Source: Monocercomonoides exilis PA203
Taxonomy: Eukaryota > Protista > Preaxostyla
Reading direction: 5' to 3'
DNA length: 64,000 nucleotides
NCBI GenBank assembly: GCA_001643675.2
Contig: LSRY02000018.1
Coordinates: 992,001-1,056,000, forward strand
Positions within the stretch are counted from its first letter, which is position 1. Every line of letters starts with the position of its first letter. This document shows, one piece after another, positions 46,684-59,912 of the stretch. The notes under the pieces were generated by a model. That model saw nothing but the letters and a program-made list of their open reading frames with translations. It made no database searches and had not been told where the DNA came from. The translations under genes were made by a program, and so were the position numbers.

Positions 46684-49600
46684 GGAAGAAGAAGAAGAGG
46701 AAGAAGAAGAATAAGGAGATAAATTAGAAGCACCAGGAGTGGAAGAAGGTGTGGGCGGAGCAGAAGATTTGCGAGGGGAAGACAAAGAAGAAGTTGATTG
46801 ATTGGCTGTTTCATTCAGAAAGGCAGTCAGACGAGAAACACCTGAAGAATGTGATGAGAAAGAAGGAGATGGAGGGAAAAAAAAAAGAAAGAAAGAAAAG
46901 AAAAAGAAAATCAATTTATTTAAATTGAGAAAATGAAGTGAAAAGAAAAAACTTAAAGGAAAAAAGGATAAAAGAAAAAAAGAAAAATTTGAGGAAAAAA
47001 AATAAATAGGAACAATAATAACAATTCCATTTCAACAATACCGTCATGTGCCCCCAGCACTCCATTCGATCCATTTGACCAGTTCCTCCTCATCTTCGCC
47101 TTCTGTGCGTTTTCTTCTTCTTCTCTTTCTTCCTCTTCCTCTTTCACTTCTTCTATGAATTCCATGCCAGCTTCTATCAGATCACTCATTTGAGAGGCAT
47201 ATTGGTTGTATTTTGGATGCTTGCCAATCCAGGAAAGAAGAAGAGTAAAGACTTTCTGTGAAATTGGGGAAAAGGGATAGAAGAGTGAAGGAAGAATGAA
47301 GGAAGAATGAAAGAAAGAAGAAAATGGGAAAGGAAAAAGAAAAGGAAAAGGAAAAGATAAGATAAGATAAGAAATTTAACAAAGCAAAACGAATTATCAT
47401 TTGAACAAATTGTTGCGTCAAAAAAAATCCAAAAACAACTAATGCTCATAATTCTTTTTCATTTATTTAAAAGCATTCATATTTCAATATTCATGCTTAT
47501 TCACATGCAAGTATTCATTCATTCTTTATTTCTTTCCTTCTTTCCTTCTTTCCTTCACATTCACTCGTTCTTTCATATATTCACCTATATACAATCACAT
47601 ATTTCTCTCATTCATTCATTCATTCACACACTTTGTCTACTGCCATCCCCACAGACGGATGGAGCAGCGCCGAAGACACAATATTTTGTGGTACTTTTTG
47701 TGCTGTCGAATTTCTGACTGTATTTTCTTTGCTGATGAAACGGGCTGATTGGAAGGGTTTTCTTTGAGATGGGGATTGGGTTGGTTGAAAGGAAGAGGAA
47801 GAGGAAAAAGAAGAAGAAGAAGAAGGAGAGAAGGAGGAAGGAGAAGAAGAAGAAGAGGATGATGATGATGAAGTATTTTGAATGATATCTGAAGAAGAAG
47901 CAGAAGCAGAAGCAGAAGGGGATGAATGCTCTTCAGTACGTGAAAGATCAAGAGAATCTCGATTAGTGACAAGTGAAGCAGAACGAAGATGAAATGAAGA
48001 GGAAGAAGAGGAAGAGGAAGTGGAGGAAGAAGAAGAAGAAGAAGAAGGATAAGAAGAAGAAGAAGATAGCATAGATTCATACAACTGTCTCCATTTTGGA
48101 GGAGGAAGAGGCGATGACTCTTGTTGGATGAGTATCCACAGCTGCTCTGCATCCACAGGCAGATGATGTGTTGGCAGACGCATAGAGAAAAAAGGAGATG
48201 GAGAAGAGGAAGAGGAGGAAGAAGAAGAGGAAGAAGAAGAGGAGGAGGAAGAGGAAAAGGAAGAGGAAGAAGAGGTTGCATTGACTTTGGATTCCGTTGT
48301 TCCTAACACAAAATGAGGGGCGAGAGAAAATTGTGTGTGTGTGATTTCGTCTTTTCTGTCTTCGAGTTGCTTTGAAAGGAAATTGAGAAGGCCCTTTGAG
48401 TAGAAATGGAATGGAGGAGATTTTTGTGATTGGAAGAGAAGAAAGAGAAAAGAGGGAGAAGGAGAGAAAGAGGGGAAAAAAAATAAAATGAAATGAAATG
48501 AAATGAAAATGAAAAGAAAGAGAAAGAGAAAGAGAAAGAGAAAGAGAAAGAGAAAGAGAAAGAGAAAGAGAAAGAGAAAGAGAAAGAGAAAGAGAAAGAG
48601 AAAGAGAAAGAGAAAGAGAAAGAGAAAGAGAAAGAGAAGGGAAAGAGTAGGGAAAGAGAGAATGACAATCATAATTAATAAAAAGAATGTCATTATATTT
48701 GTCAACGTCAGAAGCAGCAATGATAAAAGAAAAGAAACAAAGGAAAGAAAGAAATATTCATTCATTAACAACAAGAAAAATAGCAATAATAACAATAACA
48801 ACACACAGCAGTTGCTGCGGGAGATAAATTAGCCAAGTTCTGAGCAGAGCAGGATGAAAGAGAAGGAGCCAATTGGCGAATTGTATCAGACAAAATAGGA
48901 TGGCGTGGGATGTTCATTCGGAGAGATATTGCAAGAAGACTCATAAGCTGGGGGGAAAATAAAATAAAATAAATTAGAAAGGAAGAAAATATGGAAGAAA
49001 ATAAGAAAGAAAGAATGGAAGAATGGAAGAATGGAAGGAAGGAAGGAAGAATGAAGAAAAGGAAGAAAAAAAAAGAAAAGAAATAAGGTGAATTGAATCA
49101 GAAAAAATGATGCAAAACAACGTAAAAAAAGAAAGAAAATATTGGAAGAGATTTGATTAAAGATAAAATAAAGCAAATGCAAAGAAATTGGATTAAATGC
49201 ATTTGTTTTTGTATTTGGATAATTAAAAGATTATCTAAACCAAAAAGAATATACATTTACTAATATATAAATAATGTTCCTCATTATCCATATGTTTAGA
49301 TCAGCATTCCTTTTCCCTCTTTTCCTCTTCCTCTTCCTCTTCCTCTTCCTCTTTCTTTTTTTCTCTTTCTCTTTCTTCTTTTCTCTTTCTTCCTCTTTTT
49401 CTTCCTTTTCCTCTTTCTCTTCCCCCCCCCCCCCCCAAATTTTCACACACCGTCAATCTCTCTTTGATTGCCAGAGACAAAATATGATTCACATTCAATG
49501 GGATGTCAGCATCAAGCGTATCATAGACCTGTGCAGGCTCCTCAAAAGGAACAGAAGAAATAGATAGAGAAGAAATACGGTTCATTTCATTTTCGCTGCT

Positions 49601-50889
49601 TCGATTGGCTTCTTCTCCTTCTTTGCCTTCTTTGTCTTCTTCGCATTCTCCGTCTGGTTGATGGCTGTATTGTCTCCTGTTTAGTTCCTGGACAATGGTT
49701 CTGATATAAAAAATAGAAAAAGATGAATGGAAAAATGTGATAGATTTTATGATTCATAATTCAAGAAGCACAGTTCAAATGCATTTAAATGCAGCATCGA
49801 TTAGATAAATGTGTATCGATTATAAAATATTAAAATAATTACAAAAAATAAATTAAATTTGAAAATGTCAATTTCAATTCAAACATCCGATAGTACTCCT
49901 CCAAATGTGATGTCAATGTTTTTAAACGCCGTTGGTCAATAGATTGTGACTAACAGATAAAAATGTATGGTATCATTTAATTTGTAACGAACAAAATTAA
50001 CAACAAAGATGCATACTGTTGGTACAGCTCGAGAAAAACTTTTGATAATTTGCTTTGATCTCACAGTTTCAACAATTGATTTTTGCGGAAGCGTTTGAGG
50101 AAGATGATCTGCAATGCCACGAACAAATCTATACTGTACAAATTAATGGAATGAACAAAAACAGATAATTTTTTCTGAAAATTAAGCATTTGAATTCTTT
50201 CATAAAATACTGACCAGTTCTCTGCCTTCTCCAAAAGAACACCAAGTTGCTGCTCTTGATCTTTCAAATGCAGAAATGTACCACCCATCTAGAGACCACA
50301 CCCCTGGAAACAAATGAATCACAATTGGTCGATCTATACACGAGAAAAAATAAAATATAATAATTTTCTCAACAAAACGAACAGTTTTCCGGAAGATATT
50401 CATTTCCTTCCAAACGAAGATCTAAAATAATCATATGCTTCAATTTAACAAGCTCATCCCATCCCAATTCGTTTTTTGAAAGATCAAGTGTTCCAAGGAC
50501 AGAATAGTATCTTATTCCTTCAAGAGATGATATCTTTCAAAAATAATAACAAATTATTTTTCTCAAATAATGTAGCTACATACATTATTGTTAGCCAAGT
50601 TTAAATTCCACAAGCAACGGAAAAAGGTACTCAAAAAAGAAGGAGATTCAAGTTCATTATTTTGCAAAAACAGTGATTCGATTTCTGTATAATTTATTTC
50701 TGATGGTAATACACCTAACAAAGAATAATATAAATAAATTTTAAATTGATATACGAAAAATTTGAATGGTAAGAAATACAATAATAAAAACAGATAATAA
50801 CATTTGTTGAAAGAAAAATGATTTGATTACATCGCAAAATCAAATTTCAAACTTAGTTTTCTATTTGATAGATCGCAATATGTATCCAT
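42291..50889 (-). CDS. Large multi-exon protein: N-terminal leucine-rich repeats, Ser-rich disordered middle, C-terminal chromodomain-like module
   Basis: LRR motifs CDLSNRKL, SLFLQNNEL, NLNLANNN and TLDLSKNEL. Splice phases are consistent through ORFs 49301, 47620, 46953 and 43045 to the last exon DECIGHVEEILKRR...QYYVKW...WLDENDLLPEELQAY. Confidence 0.72.
48515..48638 (+). repeat. (AGAGAA)n hexamer microsatellite, intronic
   Basis: About 20 units. Produces the spurious poly-KR, poly-FS and poly-FL ORFs in the track. Confidence 0.95.
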
Positions 50890-51199
50890 GCAATCTTTAG
50901 TTGTTTGGAAAAAAAGAAAAAATAAAAATTTTAACTACTCCCAATATAATATTTTGATTGAAAAAAACACGATGAGAATGAAATTTTTGCAACAATGAAA
51001 ATCAGATAATTATTCATTATATCAAATGGTGAACTTTCATTATAAAAAGCTTGAATTCATTATTTGTATTGTACTGATATATTAATATTTAAATAAAAGT
51101 TGAAAAGAATCATTAAAATGTAATACTAAAAATGAAATACAAAATAATTTCGTATTCAATATTTTTTCTTATATATCATTTTTGATAAAATTTCCATAT

Positions 51200-51467
51200 G
51201 GGGGAAAATATGGACTTTCAAGCTTTTCATGCTCAAAGCATGAAACAATAGTTTCACTTATGACATTTTTTAACTTTATCAGATTACAAAATAAATTTGA
51301 GTTTAACATCTGCAAACAAACATTAATGATATAATAAGATAATGTTTTGTGATATAAAACGAATTTCAAAAAATAAATCCATTTATTTCTATTTTTTTTA
51401 TCGCAAAAAGTTCTTCCATTATATATAATTTTTCATTGAAAATGCTTGAAGTTAAATATTTTGTCCC
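51200..51467 (+). mobile_element. MITE family D (268 bp)
   Basis: GGGGGAAAATATGGACTTTCAAGC...AAATATTTTGTCCC; flanks ATAT/ATGT. Confidence 0.82.
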
Positions 51468-51559
51468 ATGTATATAACAATCTCATTTTTTTATGAAATG
51501 TTTTTCACACTCATTAAATTTCACTGGAATTGTGATTATATCATTGAAAAAATTATCTT

Positions 51560-53400
51560 GGTAAGTGCACACTTCACCTCACACGATTATTAAAAAAAAA
51601 TTTTTTTTTAAACTATTGAAAATATGATAATAAGTAATTATAAATACAAATTAGCAGCTGAAAATCATAAATAAAAAATGAAAATATTTTTTGAAAAGAT
51701 CAAATATTCCACAATTTAATTTTAAATTTTGTTTGCAAAATATTTGAATTTAGTTTATATAAGTATTTATTACAAAAATAATCAATTGTTCATTAATTAT
51801 TTTTTTCCGCATGTCTCTTGTTCCTGATAAGAAATCAGATGTTGCTGATAATAACAAGCTTTTTCAAGATATTGAAAAGAGTTGAGAGTGGTTGATTCAT
51901 ATCATCAACTTAAATGAAACGAAAAAATGCTTATTTTGTAGAAGATATATGAAAATAACAACAGTTGAGATAACAAATCGATCATGGAGATGTTCAGCAT
52001 GAAACAAATTCATTTCATATTTGAGGAGACATCTTTTTATCGAAGTCATCTCAAAACAGACTCTATTTTTTTTATTCATTTGCGTTTCTGGAGGAAAATT
52101 CGAATTGATCAATACTCATATCTTACTGGATTTGGTCGAAATACAGTCGGTTTTTAGTATTCTGTTGTAAGAGCATCAATCGGAATTCGAATGTCGAGTG
52201 AGAGGTTTGTTCTTGGAGAAGAAGGATGTATTGCGGAAATAGATGAGGCAATTCTGAGAAAAAGAAAGTTCCGCAAAGGGAAAAAGAAGTGACAAATTCG
52301 GCTTTTTGGATTTGAAGAAAGAAAAGAAATCGATGAAATCGGAAAATGTGTAATTATCAGAATTCCTTACAGAAAAAAGGAGACTCTGATACCCATCATT
52401 GAAGCCAACATCCAGAAAGGAACAACGATTTTCAGCGATGAGTTAGGTGCGTATAAGTGCTTGAATGAATTATTTTTCAAACGTCTGACAGTCTGCCACA
52501 AATACGGATTCAGAAATTGAGAAACAGGAGTGTGCACTACTTTGATTGAAGGTTGTTGGTCTCATTTCAGAAGATCATTGCCTCCAAGTGGAATTAAAGA
52601 AAAGTTCATCGATGATTTTATTGCTTCGTGTTTTCTTCAACGAGAAAAAGATAGGCCATTCTCAGAATTTGTGAGGAATGTTACCAATCACATTCCCAGA
52701 GAAGCTTCATTTCTCATGAATATGATGATGGAGAAGGAGATAATGAAGCAGATGTTCCCCAAATTGAACAAGAAGCAGTTGTTATACATGAGGAAGATGA
52801 TGATGATCCAGGAGATGGAGCAGATGCAAGTGAATATTCTGAATCTTAACATTTTTGATCATTTATATATATTTGTTATCAATTTTTTCATACACTTTAA
52901 AAACTTGAATATCAAAAAGTCCTCATTTATTAACATGTCATTAACATATTACAACAATTGGTTGTTCATAACAAAGTTGTTAATATCATTTATGACTTGA
53001 AAGGTGAAGTTCAGATTGTGCAAAAAAATACCGGACATCGCTCAAAATTCCGGACAAGATCGATTTCTAAATAACCGAAAGAGGAATAATTCTGACAATT
53101 TTCCTCAAAATATACCTCACCAATACAAACTTATTTGATAATTAGACTTTCATTGACATATCAATTGAATGCTATCAAAAATAATTTGTGAAATTTAGGA
53201 GAAACTTAAAATCCTATTTCTCCGAGATTTCAATAATAATTTTTTCGGAACAAATTATTCTATTTTTAAAAGTTTTGTACATCAAATGAGTTTGTATTTA
53301 TGAGATATGTTTTGAGAAAATTTTACAGTATTATCCCTCTTGTGGTTATTGAGAAACTGATCTTGTCAGGTATTATTTGCGATGTCCGGTATTTAATACC
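51560..53400 (+). mobile_element. Merlin/IS1595-like element, copy 3, transposase pseudogene at 51811-52849
   Basis: CLFC zinc-ribbon remnant, IAEIDEA, IFSDELGAY, LIEGCW, tail GDGADASEYSES*. Ends GGTA...TACC, flanked by ATTATCTT/GTTATCTT (7/8). Confidence 0.85.
53020..53400. mobile_element. MITE-like foldback element C (imperfect TIRs of about 42 bp)
   Basis: AAATACCGGACATCGC...GACAAGATC at 53026-53068 is inverted relative to 53353-53394. Confidence 0.75.
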
Positions 53401-53555
53401 GTTATCTTCCATTCAGATGAAATTTCGTGAATGTGAACAATAATTTGAAAAAAAATAAATTATTTGTATTCATTTCAAATATCAAACAAAAGCGATTTTT
53501 CTAAAAAAATAATTTTGTGATCAACATAGTGACTTATAATTTTTTTTACTGAATT

Positions 53556-56529
53556 ATGCTCTTGCTTACGAGTGTTTTTTGCTACATCTTCAATATCAGT
53601 TGCATTGATAAGAATGGAGGTGAAGACATCCAAGCAATCAGAGAAAAAGGGAATGCGCTTTTCACAAAGAATTTAAATTGTGCTTCTGAAGGAATTGATT
53701 TTCTGAGTCTAAATTCTACCACACGTTTACAGGAACATAAAGAAATTATTGAAGAAACTGACGGTAATATATATAAGAGGAATAAAAGGGATTTTGGAGA
53801 CTTGGTTAATTCAAATTCTTTTATTAATTTGGACGATGTCATCTTGCAAAAGGAAAACCAGAGAGAATGTTCAAAAGAATGTGTCAAAGTTATGTTTAAA
53901 GAAATTAAAAGCAACAGTGAATATGAAGTTGAAGTGGATGGAGAAAATGGGATTGATAACGAAGAATGTGGACTATTAGGGAATACACCATGCAAAACCA
54001 TTAAGATGGCAACTGAGCGCTGCCAATCAGAAGGAAATTTTGTTATTCATACAGCTAAAAGTTGTAACAAATTCGATTCAGAGCCAATAATAATTGATGG
54101 GCGCGATATCACGCTTTTTAATGCTTTCAACAGCATTATTTTCATCACAACTGCTTTAGATGAAACTAAAGTTGAAAGTGGAGATGCTTTGTTTTGCGTC
54201 AAAAACAAGGGACGTTTTTGCTTATGTCTTGTAGAAATTTGTATTGACACAAAACGAGAAAGTGGAAGAAATCAAGGGTTGATTGTTGTAGATGGAAAAT
54301 GCTCGCAAATTGAAATGGACGGATTGAATATCAGCAACATTGAAGAAGGAAATGAGTTGAACTGCGTGCTCATTAAATGCATATTTGGCGAAATGATAAT
54401 TTCTTTTGTTAATATCTCTTCTTTTTTATCTTCCAATGCATTGACATTCGCAGAAGCTTCTCCAAAAATTGAATTTTCACACATTATGTTGGACACCATC
54501 ACTTCAAAAAGTAAAACTCAATCGGTCGTGACAGTAATGGGAGGATGTCAATCTGCAAAATTTGATGGCTGCACATTTACAAATTGCTGGTCGACAGAGC
54601 ACAGATTGGGAGGCGCGATATATTTGGAAATAATGAATTGTGAAGATTCTTGTTCGTTTAGCAGCTGCATTATTTCAAATTGTTCGTGTGGAAGTTCAAA
54701 TACAAATACAGTCAAAATGAACAAACGAAAAATCAATGAGTCAAAAGGAGGAGCAATGCTTATCCAAGTTGCGAATGATGCGGCTGAATCATTGGACTTG
54801 AAAATTGATGGGTTGAGTATTTCAGACCGTGCAGCTGAGAAAGGGGAATATATTTAATGTCATTTCCAGCCGGGAGAGAGCAGATCAATGAAGATCAATT
54901 TATGTTTGAGATGGAAGGGATTTACAATAAACCTAATTACATTTTGTTGGAAGACAGGAGAGAAGGGAGAATAATTGACGTTATGGTAGATAAAGAGAAT
55001 ATATGACCGTTTCGTTCAGAAAATATTTACGTTGGAGGAGAAAAAGCAAGCAATAAAAAGACATGTGGGCGAAAAGAAGAGCCGTGCGATTTGATAAGCA
55101 CATCCACCAAACATAATCTAAGATTTAATATTTTGAAACTGAACATCATTAAAAGAGTGCCTGTTGACGAGCCACTGGTTGATTTTCAGTCTGTAACTGT
55201 TTCATCGAGTTCAGATGCTTTTTCAGTCGCATTAACAGCCACAGATCCAAGTCGAGGAACACTTCGAATTGGAGCAAATATGGAAGCTGGGAAGTCGACT
55301 GCGGTGTTCGGTGAAAAAAATACCTTTCTAAGGTTTCAGCACATTGACACTGAATATCCAGATGCTGTAGAAGGAGATGCACTAAACATATTTTACGGAG
55401 GATATAGTTTATCTCTTTCAGACGTCATCTTAAGACCTTGGAGCACTGATTTATGTGGTGAAAACGTGATTGGAGGGGAAGGAAAACTTCTTCCATATAA
55501 GCTGATTAAATGCTATAATTTCGACGTAGATTTTTCACAACTTGTTATCTACGGAAGTAATGGAAATATTACAAAGAAATGTCAGCACACAAGCGATGAA
55601 GATAGTAAGAGATCATCTTCAATGGAAGATTATTTTAGAGAGAATAAATCGAATGAATGAAGAGGACAATCAGCTGTGTTCATGGGATTCTGGACTTGTT
55701 TATCTGCACCGTTTTTATGAATTGGAAATTAACGACAGTTCTTTTATTGACATCAGCGATGGTACAATTATTTCTGATTTATCTGATCTACGCTTGAGCA
55801 ATTGCAGTTTCATAAACAACCATCCCGTTGATCAGGATTGGGAAAAATATCCTTCATTGCATCACAACATTAGATCCAATGGAGGAGAGCATAATTGGAT
55901 TCGGGTGGAATCGTTGTTCCCAGGAAGTGATGGACTTGATGGAAAACCATTCGGAATTCTTTCGAGTATTAAGCCAATTGTACTTGCTACTGAATTCTTT
56001 GACTCTTGTTTCTTCTCCAATTCTGAAGAATATCACATTGAAAAGCAAGGAAAAGAGTAATAAAAATAAACTGCCAAGCAAAAATGAAAATGAGAAAGAA
56101 ATTGAGGCAGTTGTGCACGTGTCATATTTGTTTCCGTGTGGACTTACGTTTGAAGTGTCCAAAAAAAAGAAAGGAGAAGAAATGAAATGGGCAAATTGTC
56201 CAGTTTTTGAATATACAAATGAGACAGAAATGAAAGTAAGGATTCCACAATCTTTGTTAGAAGTGGATGATCGCACATCAGTTGTCTGCCGCTTGACATA
56301 TCCGAGTGGAGTTATCAATGGAGAAAGGATTCATTCGAAAGATGCGGTTTTAGTGAAACAGAAGAAAGAAGGTCCAAATACTTTATCTGCAACACAGATA
56401 ACAGCAATCATTGTTTCTGCAGTTGCTTTTGTCGTTGTGACAGTGGTCGTTGTGATTGTGACAATTGTGTGTGTCACCAGAAGCAAAAGACGAAAGCAAT
56501 CAATCAATATGAAGGTTTTGGATAATTGA
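53556..56529 (+). pseudogene. Disrupted paralogue of the Cys-rich surface-protein family (TM present, no kinase tail)
   Basis: Shares CGxxxxPC, GGAI, CSWDSGLV, YPSLHHNI and LFPCGLTF motifs with 5900-12892. Frameshifts near 54855, 55650 and 56020 and an in-frame TGA near 55004. Confidence 0.8.
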
Positions 56530-56906
56530 TGCGGAGTGAATTTTTCATAAACCTGAAAATTTCAGTTTTCTCTTCAGTCTTAATTTTGTTTTTGATTCGT
56601 TTTTGTAATGTTTTTTTTTTTTTTTTTTTTTTTTATTTTGGAGTGCATGATCCTTCAGGTTCACGTCAAATGACCAACTTTTTATTTTTTTTAAAATTTA
56701 TCAGTTGTTTTTCTTTTTATTTTTGAGCTTGAAATTGCTTCTGAATATTCATGATTAATCGACATTTGAAAAACAAACTATTTTTTCGATACTGTATATG
56801 GAATGCATTTCATTCGATTTGTTAGATTGAATCATGAATTAAAAACGATTCAAAAAAGAATAAATGATGGTTACAGCAAACATTTCTATTTGTCTTTCTT
56901 AAAGAA

Positions 56907-59000
56907 ATGGATGAAAATGTTGAATCGACATATCAAGTTTCTTTTCTGTGCAAAACAACAATTTCTATGATATCGAATGTGTTTGACATTATAAAGTGGA
57001 AAAAGCAACAACTCGTAAATATGCTTTTTGGAGAAGATGGGATTAAACTTATTGCAGTTGATGATGCCAAAACTCTTCAAGGAACTATTTTCCTAAAAAA
57101 AGAAATTTTCTCAGAATTCACTTTCGCAGAATCTACTGACCCGTTTCCAATTACACTTCCACTTGAAGTTTTAATTGACTGTCTTCATCTTTGTTCTATT
57201 TCCACTCCAAATGCAATACTTACTTTATGCTGCCAACGAGATAATAGTGCAGTTATTTTGACGATGCAAGAAGGTCTAGTAGTGACCGATTGCACTGTTA
57301 GAGCAGTTGAAACTCTTGATCTTCCACCTATTGATTTTGACGCAATTCCAGTTGCTTCAAAAGCAGTAATACAAACTGATAGACTTCTTTCAGCAACTTC
57401 AGAACTTGGAATAGAAGAAGGTCAATGTGTAACTTTGGAACTTAACGAACAAATTGGGCTTTCACTGCATTCCGATGGAGATGCAACATCTCTCGACGTG
57501 TTAATTCCTCCAAATCTTTTCCAAGAATTGGTAGCAATCAATGCTCAAAAAGTTACGTTTTATACAAAAACTTTATCGCATTCTCTTCTCTGCGATTTTT
57601 CAGGAGTAAACATGAAGCAAGCAACAACAACCGTTGGATTAAGTGCAGATGGTGTTTTGTGTGTTTCGCACATGCTGCAAATGGGCGGAGGAATCGAAGA
57701 TGCGATAAGAGTGTCATTTTTTGTTATTCCTGTTGTTGGGGATGCTGAAGATGAGCTTGCGATGAACGACTCAGAGTTTAAAGGGGGGAACATGGCACCA
57801 GCTAACGAGAACACAAATGAGGCAGATATGGAACATGCAAAGCGAATGGAACAAGAATTTGATCGAAGTGGCAGAGAAGGCCATTCGCCTCGAAATGAGT
57901 GGGCGCAGGAGGCTGCAGCAGGCAACGAAAGAGAAGTAAATGAGAATGAGAATGAGTGTTCGCTGCCGCTCACAAGTGAAGTTCCCAATAAATCTTTCAC
58001 TTCATCATCATCATCATCATCAACTTCTTCTTCTTCTTCTTTATCTTCTTCACGTTCATCTTCGCTTCGGAGTGGATTTGAGTTCGTGGACGACGAGACA
58101 TTGGATGAAGAGTTGCGAATGGAGGCGCTAAAAAAGCTTCATTTAACAGAAAAGGAAAGCCAGTCACAAAGAGAATTGATTAGACAGAAGCAGATAGCAG
58201 AAGCTCAGCGTCGCATGAGAGCAGCAGCAGAAGAAGAGAGAAGAAGGAAAGGAGAAGGAAATGAAGAGGATGATGAAGAAGAGGAAAGAGAAGGGGCAGA
58301 GACGACAGAAGGGGAGGAAGAAGGAAGGATGCACAGGTCGATGAAAGAGCAAGGAAGACTTCACAAAAAGAGGAAAGGGAAGAGACAGCTGATGATTGAC
58401 GATGAAGACACAAGCGGAGGAAATGATAGTGGAAGTGAAAGTGAAGGTGAAGGATTTAACATGCGGAGAAGATTAAATAGAGGCAGGGCAGGGTATGATG
58501 ATGAAGGAAACGAAGACGAAGGGGAAATGGGGGAGATGATGAAGAGTGAGACAGCGATGGAAGAGAACGATAGAGATAACATGCGTTTGCTGGAGCGTGA
58601 TGCTGAAGTGATGCAAGAAGACGACGTGGAAGGAGAGGCGGAGGCAGAGACTGAGATTGGCTACAGCACAAGCAGCCAGCAGCAAGTTGCTTCTTCTTCT
58701 TCTTTCACTGCTTCATCACAACCAATTTACAAGTTTTCTTTTAATCCTGCTACAAGCTCTCGTTCAAATTCATCTTCCTCGTCTTCCTCCTCCTCCTCCT
58801 CTTCTTCTTCCTCTTCCTTTTCACAGTCTTCACAATCATCTCAAGCACAACATCCTCATCTGCTGAAAGGAAAAACAGATTCTTCTGATTCTTCAGCAGC
58901 AGAAACAAGACTCGACTCGGAGCAATCACTTCAGACGAGCGAGAATAACAAAAATGCAAACAAGAGAAGTGCAAAAGGAAGAGGGGGTGGGAAAAGATAA
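56907..59000 (+). CDS. RAD1: Checkpoint clamp subunit Rad1 (9-1-1, PCNA-like) with acidic/Ser-rich extension
   Basis: GIKLIAVDDAKTLQGTIFLKKEIFSEF, LEVLIDCL, EGLVVTDC, GVLCVSHM and VSFFVIP match the Rad1/Rec1/Rad17 family layout. Confidence 0.85.
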   Translation: MDENVESTYQVSFLCKTTISMISNVFDIIKWKKQQLVNMLFGEDGIKLIAVDDAKTLQGTIFLKKEIFSEFTFAESTDPFPITLPLEVLIDCLHLCSISTPNAILTLCCQRDNSAVILTMQEGLVVTDCTVRAVETLDLPPIDFDAIPVASKAVIQTDRLLSATSELGIEEGQCVTLELNEQIGLSLHSDGDATSLDVLIPPNLFQELVAINAQKVTFYTKTLSHSLLCDFSGVNMKQATTTVGLSADGVLCVSHMLQMGGGIEDAIRVSFFVIPVVGDAEDELAMNDSEFKGGNMAPANENTNEADMEHAKRMEQEFDRSGREGHSPRNEWAQEAAAGNEREVNENENECSLPLTSEVPNKSFTSSSSSSSTSSSSSLSSSRSSSLRSGFEFVDDETLDEELRMEALKKLHLTEKESQSQRELIRQKQIAEAQRRMRAAAEEERRRKGEGNEEDDEEEEREGAETTEGEEEGRMHRSMKEQGRLHKKRKGKRQLMIDDEDTSGGNDSGSESEGEGFNMRRRLNRGRAGYDDEGNEDEGEMGEMMKSETAMEENDRDNMRLLERDAEVMQEDDVEGEAEAETEIGYSTSSQQQVASSSSFTASSQPIYKFSFNPATSSRSNSSSSSSSSSSSSSSSSFSQSSQSSQAQHPHLLKGKTDSSDSSAAETRLDSEQSLQTSENNKNANKRSAKGRGGGKR

Positions 59001-59912
59001 GGCGATGTTTTAAAAAACAATTGAGTTTTTTTATCACTTTTTTTTTTTCATTTTTTTTAGTAGAATTTATTTTATTTCTTTATGAAATTAATTCTTTTAT
59101 CGTTTTTGATTTCTTTATTGCTAAAGTAATTTTCGTTTTATTTGTTTTGTTTTTTTTTTTCCTCACAAAAATATAAAAAAGATATTTGTTCGAAAACACG
59201 CCTAACTTTCTTTTTTTTATTTATTTCCAAAAAAATAAAAATCTCAAGCCCAACAAAGAAAGGTATGAAATGGTTTGTAAAAAAACAATAAACTGAAGGA
59301 AGAAAACATTTTCAGAATCAACTGAAAAAAAAAAAAATCCATTGAAAATTGAAACGAAGAAATGATGTGGAAGGTTACAGTCAAAATCAAAAAAAATTAA
59401 ATAAAAATTAAATATTTATAAAAAAAAGAAAATAAATAAATAAAAAGAAAGAAAGAAATAATAATAGTGGAAGAAAAAAAGAGCAATCATTAGCCAAACA
59501 AGGTTAAAAAATCGATAAACCGAAAACGTTATTTATTCTGTTAATAAAATCTCCTTCACGGCTATAATTGTAACATTTCAAAATAACATTTCTTTTTTTC
59601 TTTCATAAGCAAAAACACATAAAAATTGAAAAATCAAAAATTTTTTGATAAAAAAAAAAAACAAGAATTTTAAAATAAAAACATCAAATTTCAACAAAAA
59701 AACATTGTTTATATTTTAATTTTTTTTTTTCTAAATGTAAATTGAATAGATACAGCCTTCAACCAACACCCATTTCTTTCTTCATTTTCTCCTTCAAATT
59801 TCCAATTTGTTTCCTCTTATTTTATTTTATTTTATTTTCCTTTAATTATTTTATTACTTAAATATTTAATCGTTTTATTTTCCCCTTCTCAACTTACCCT
59901 CTTTTTCCTTCT

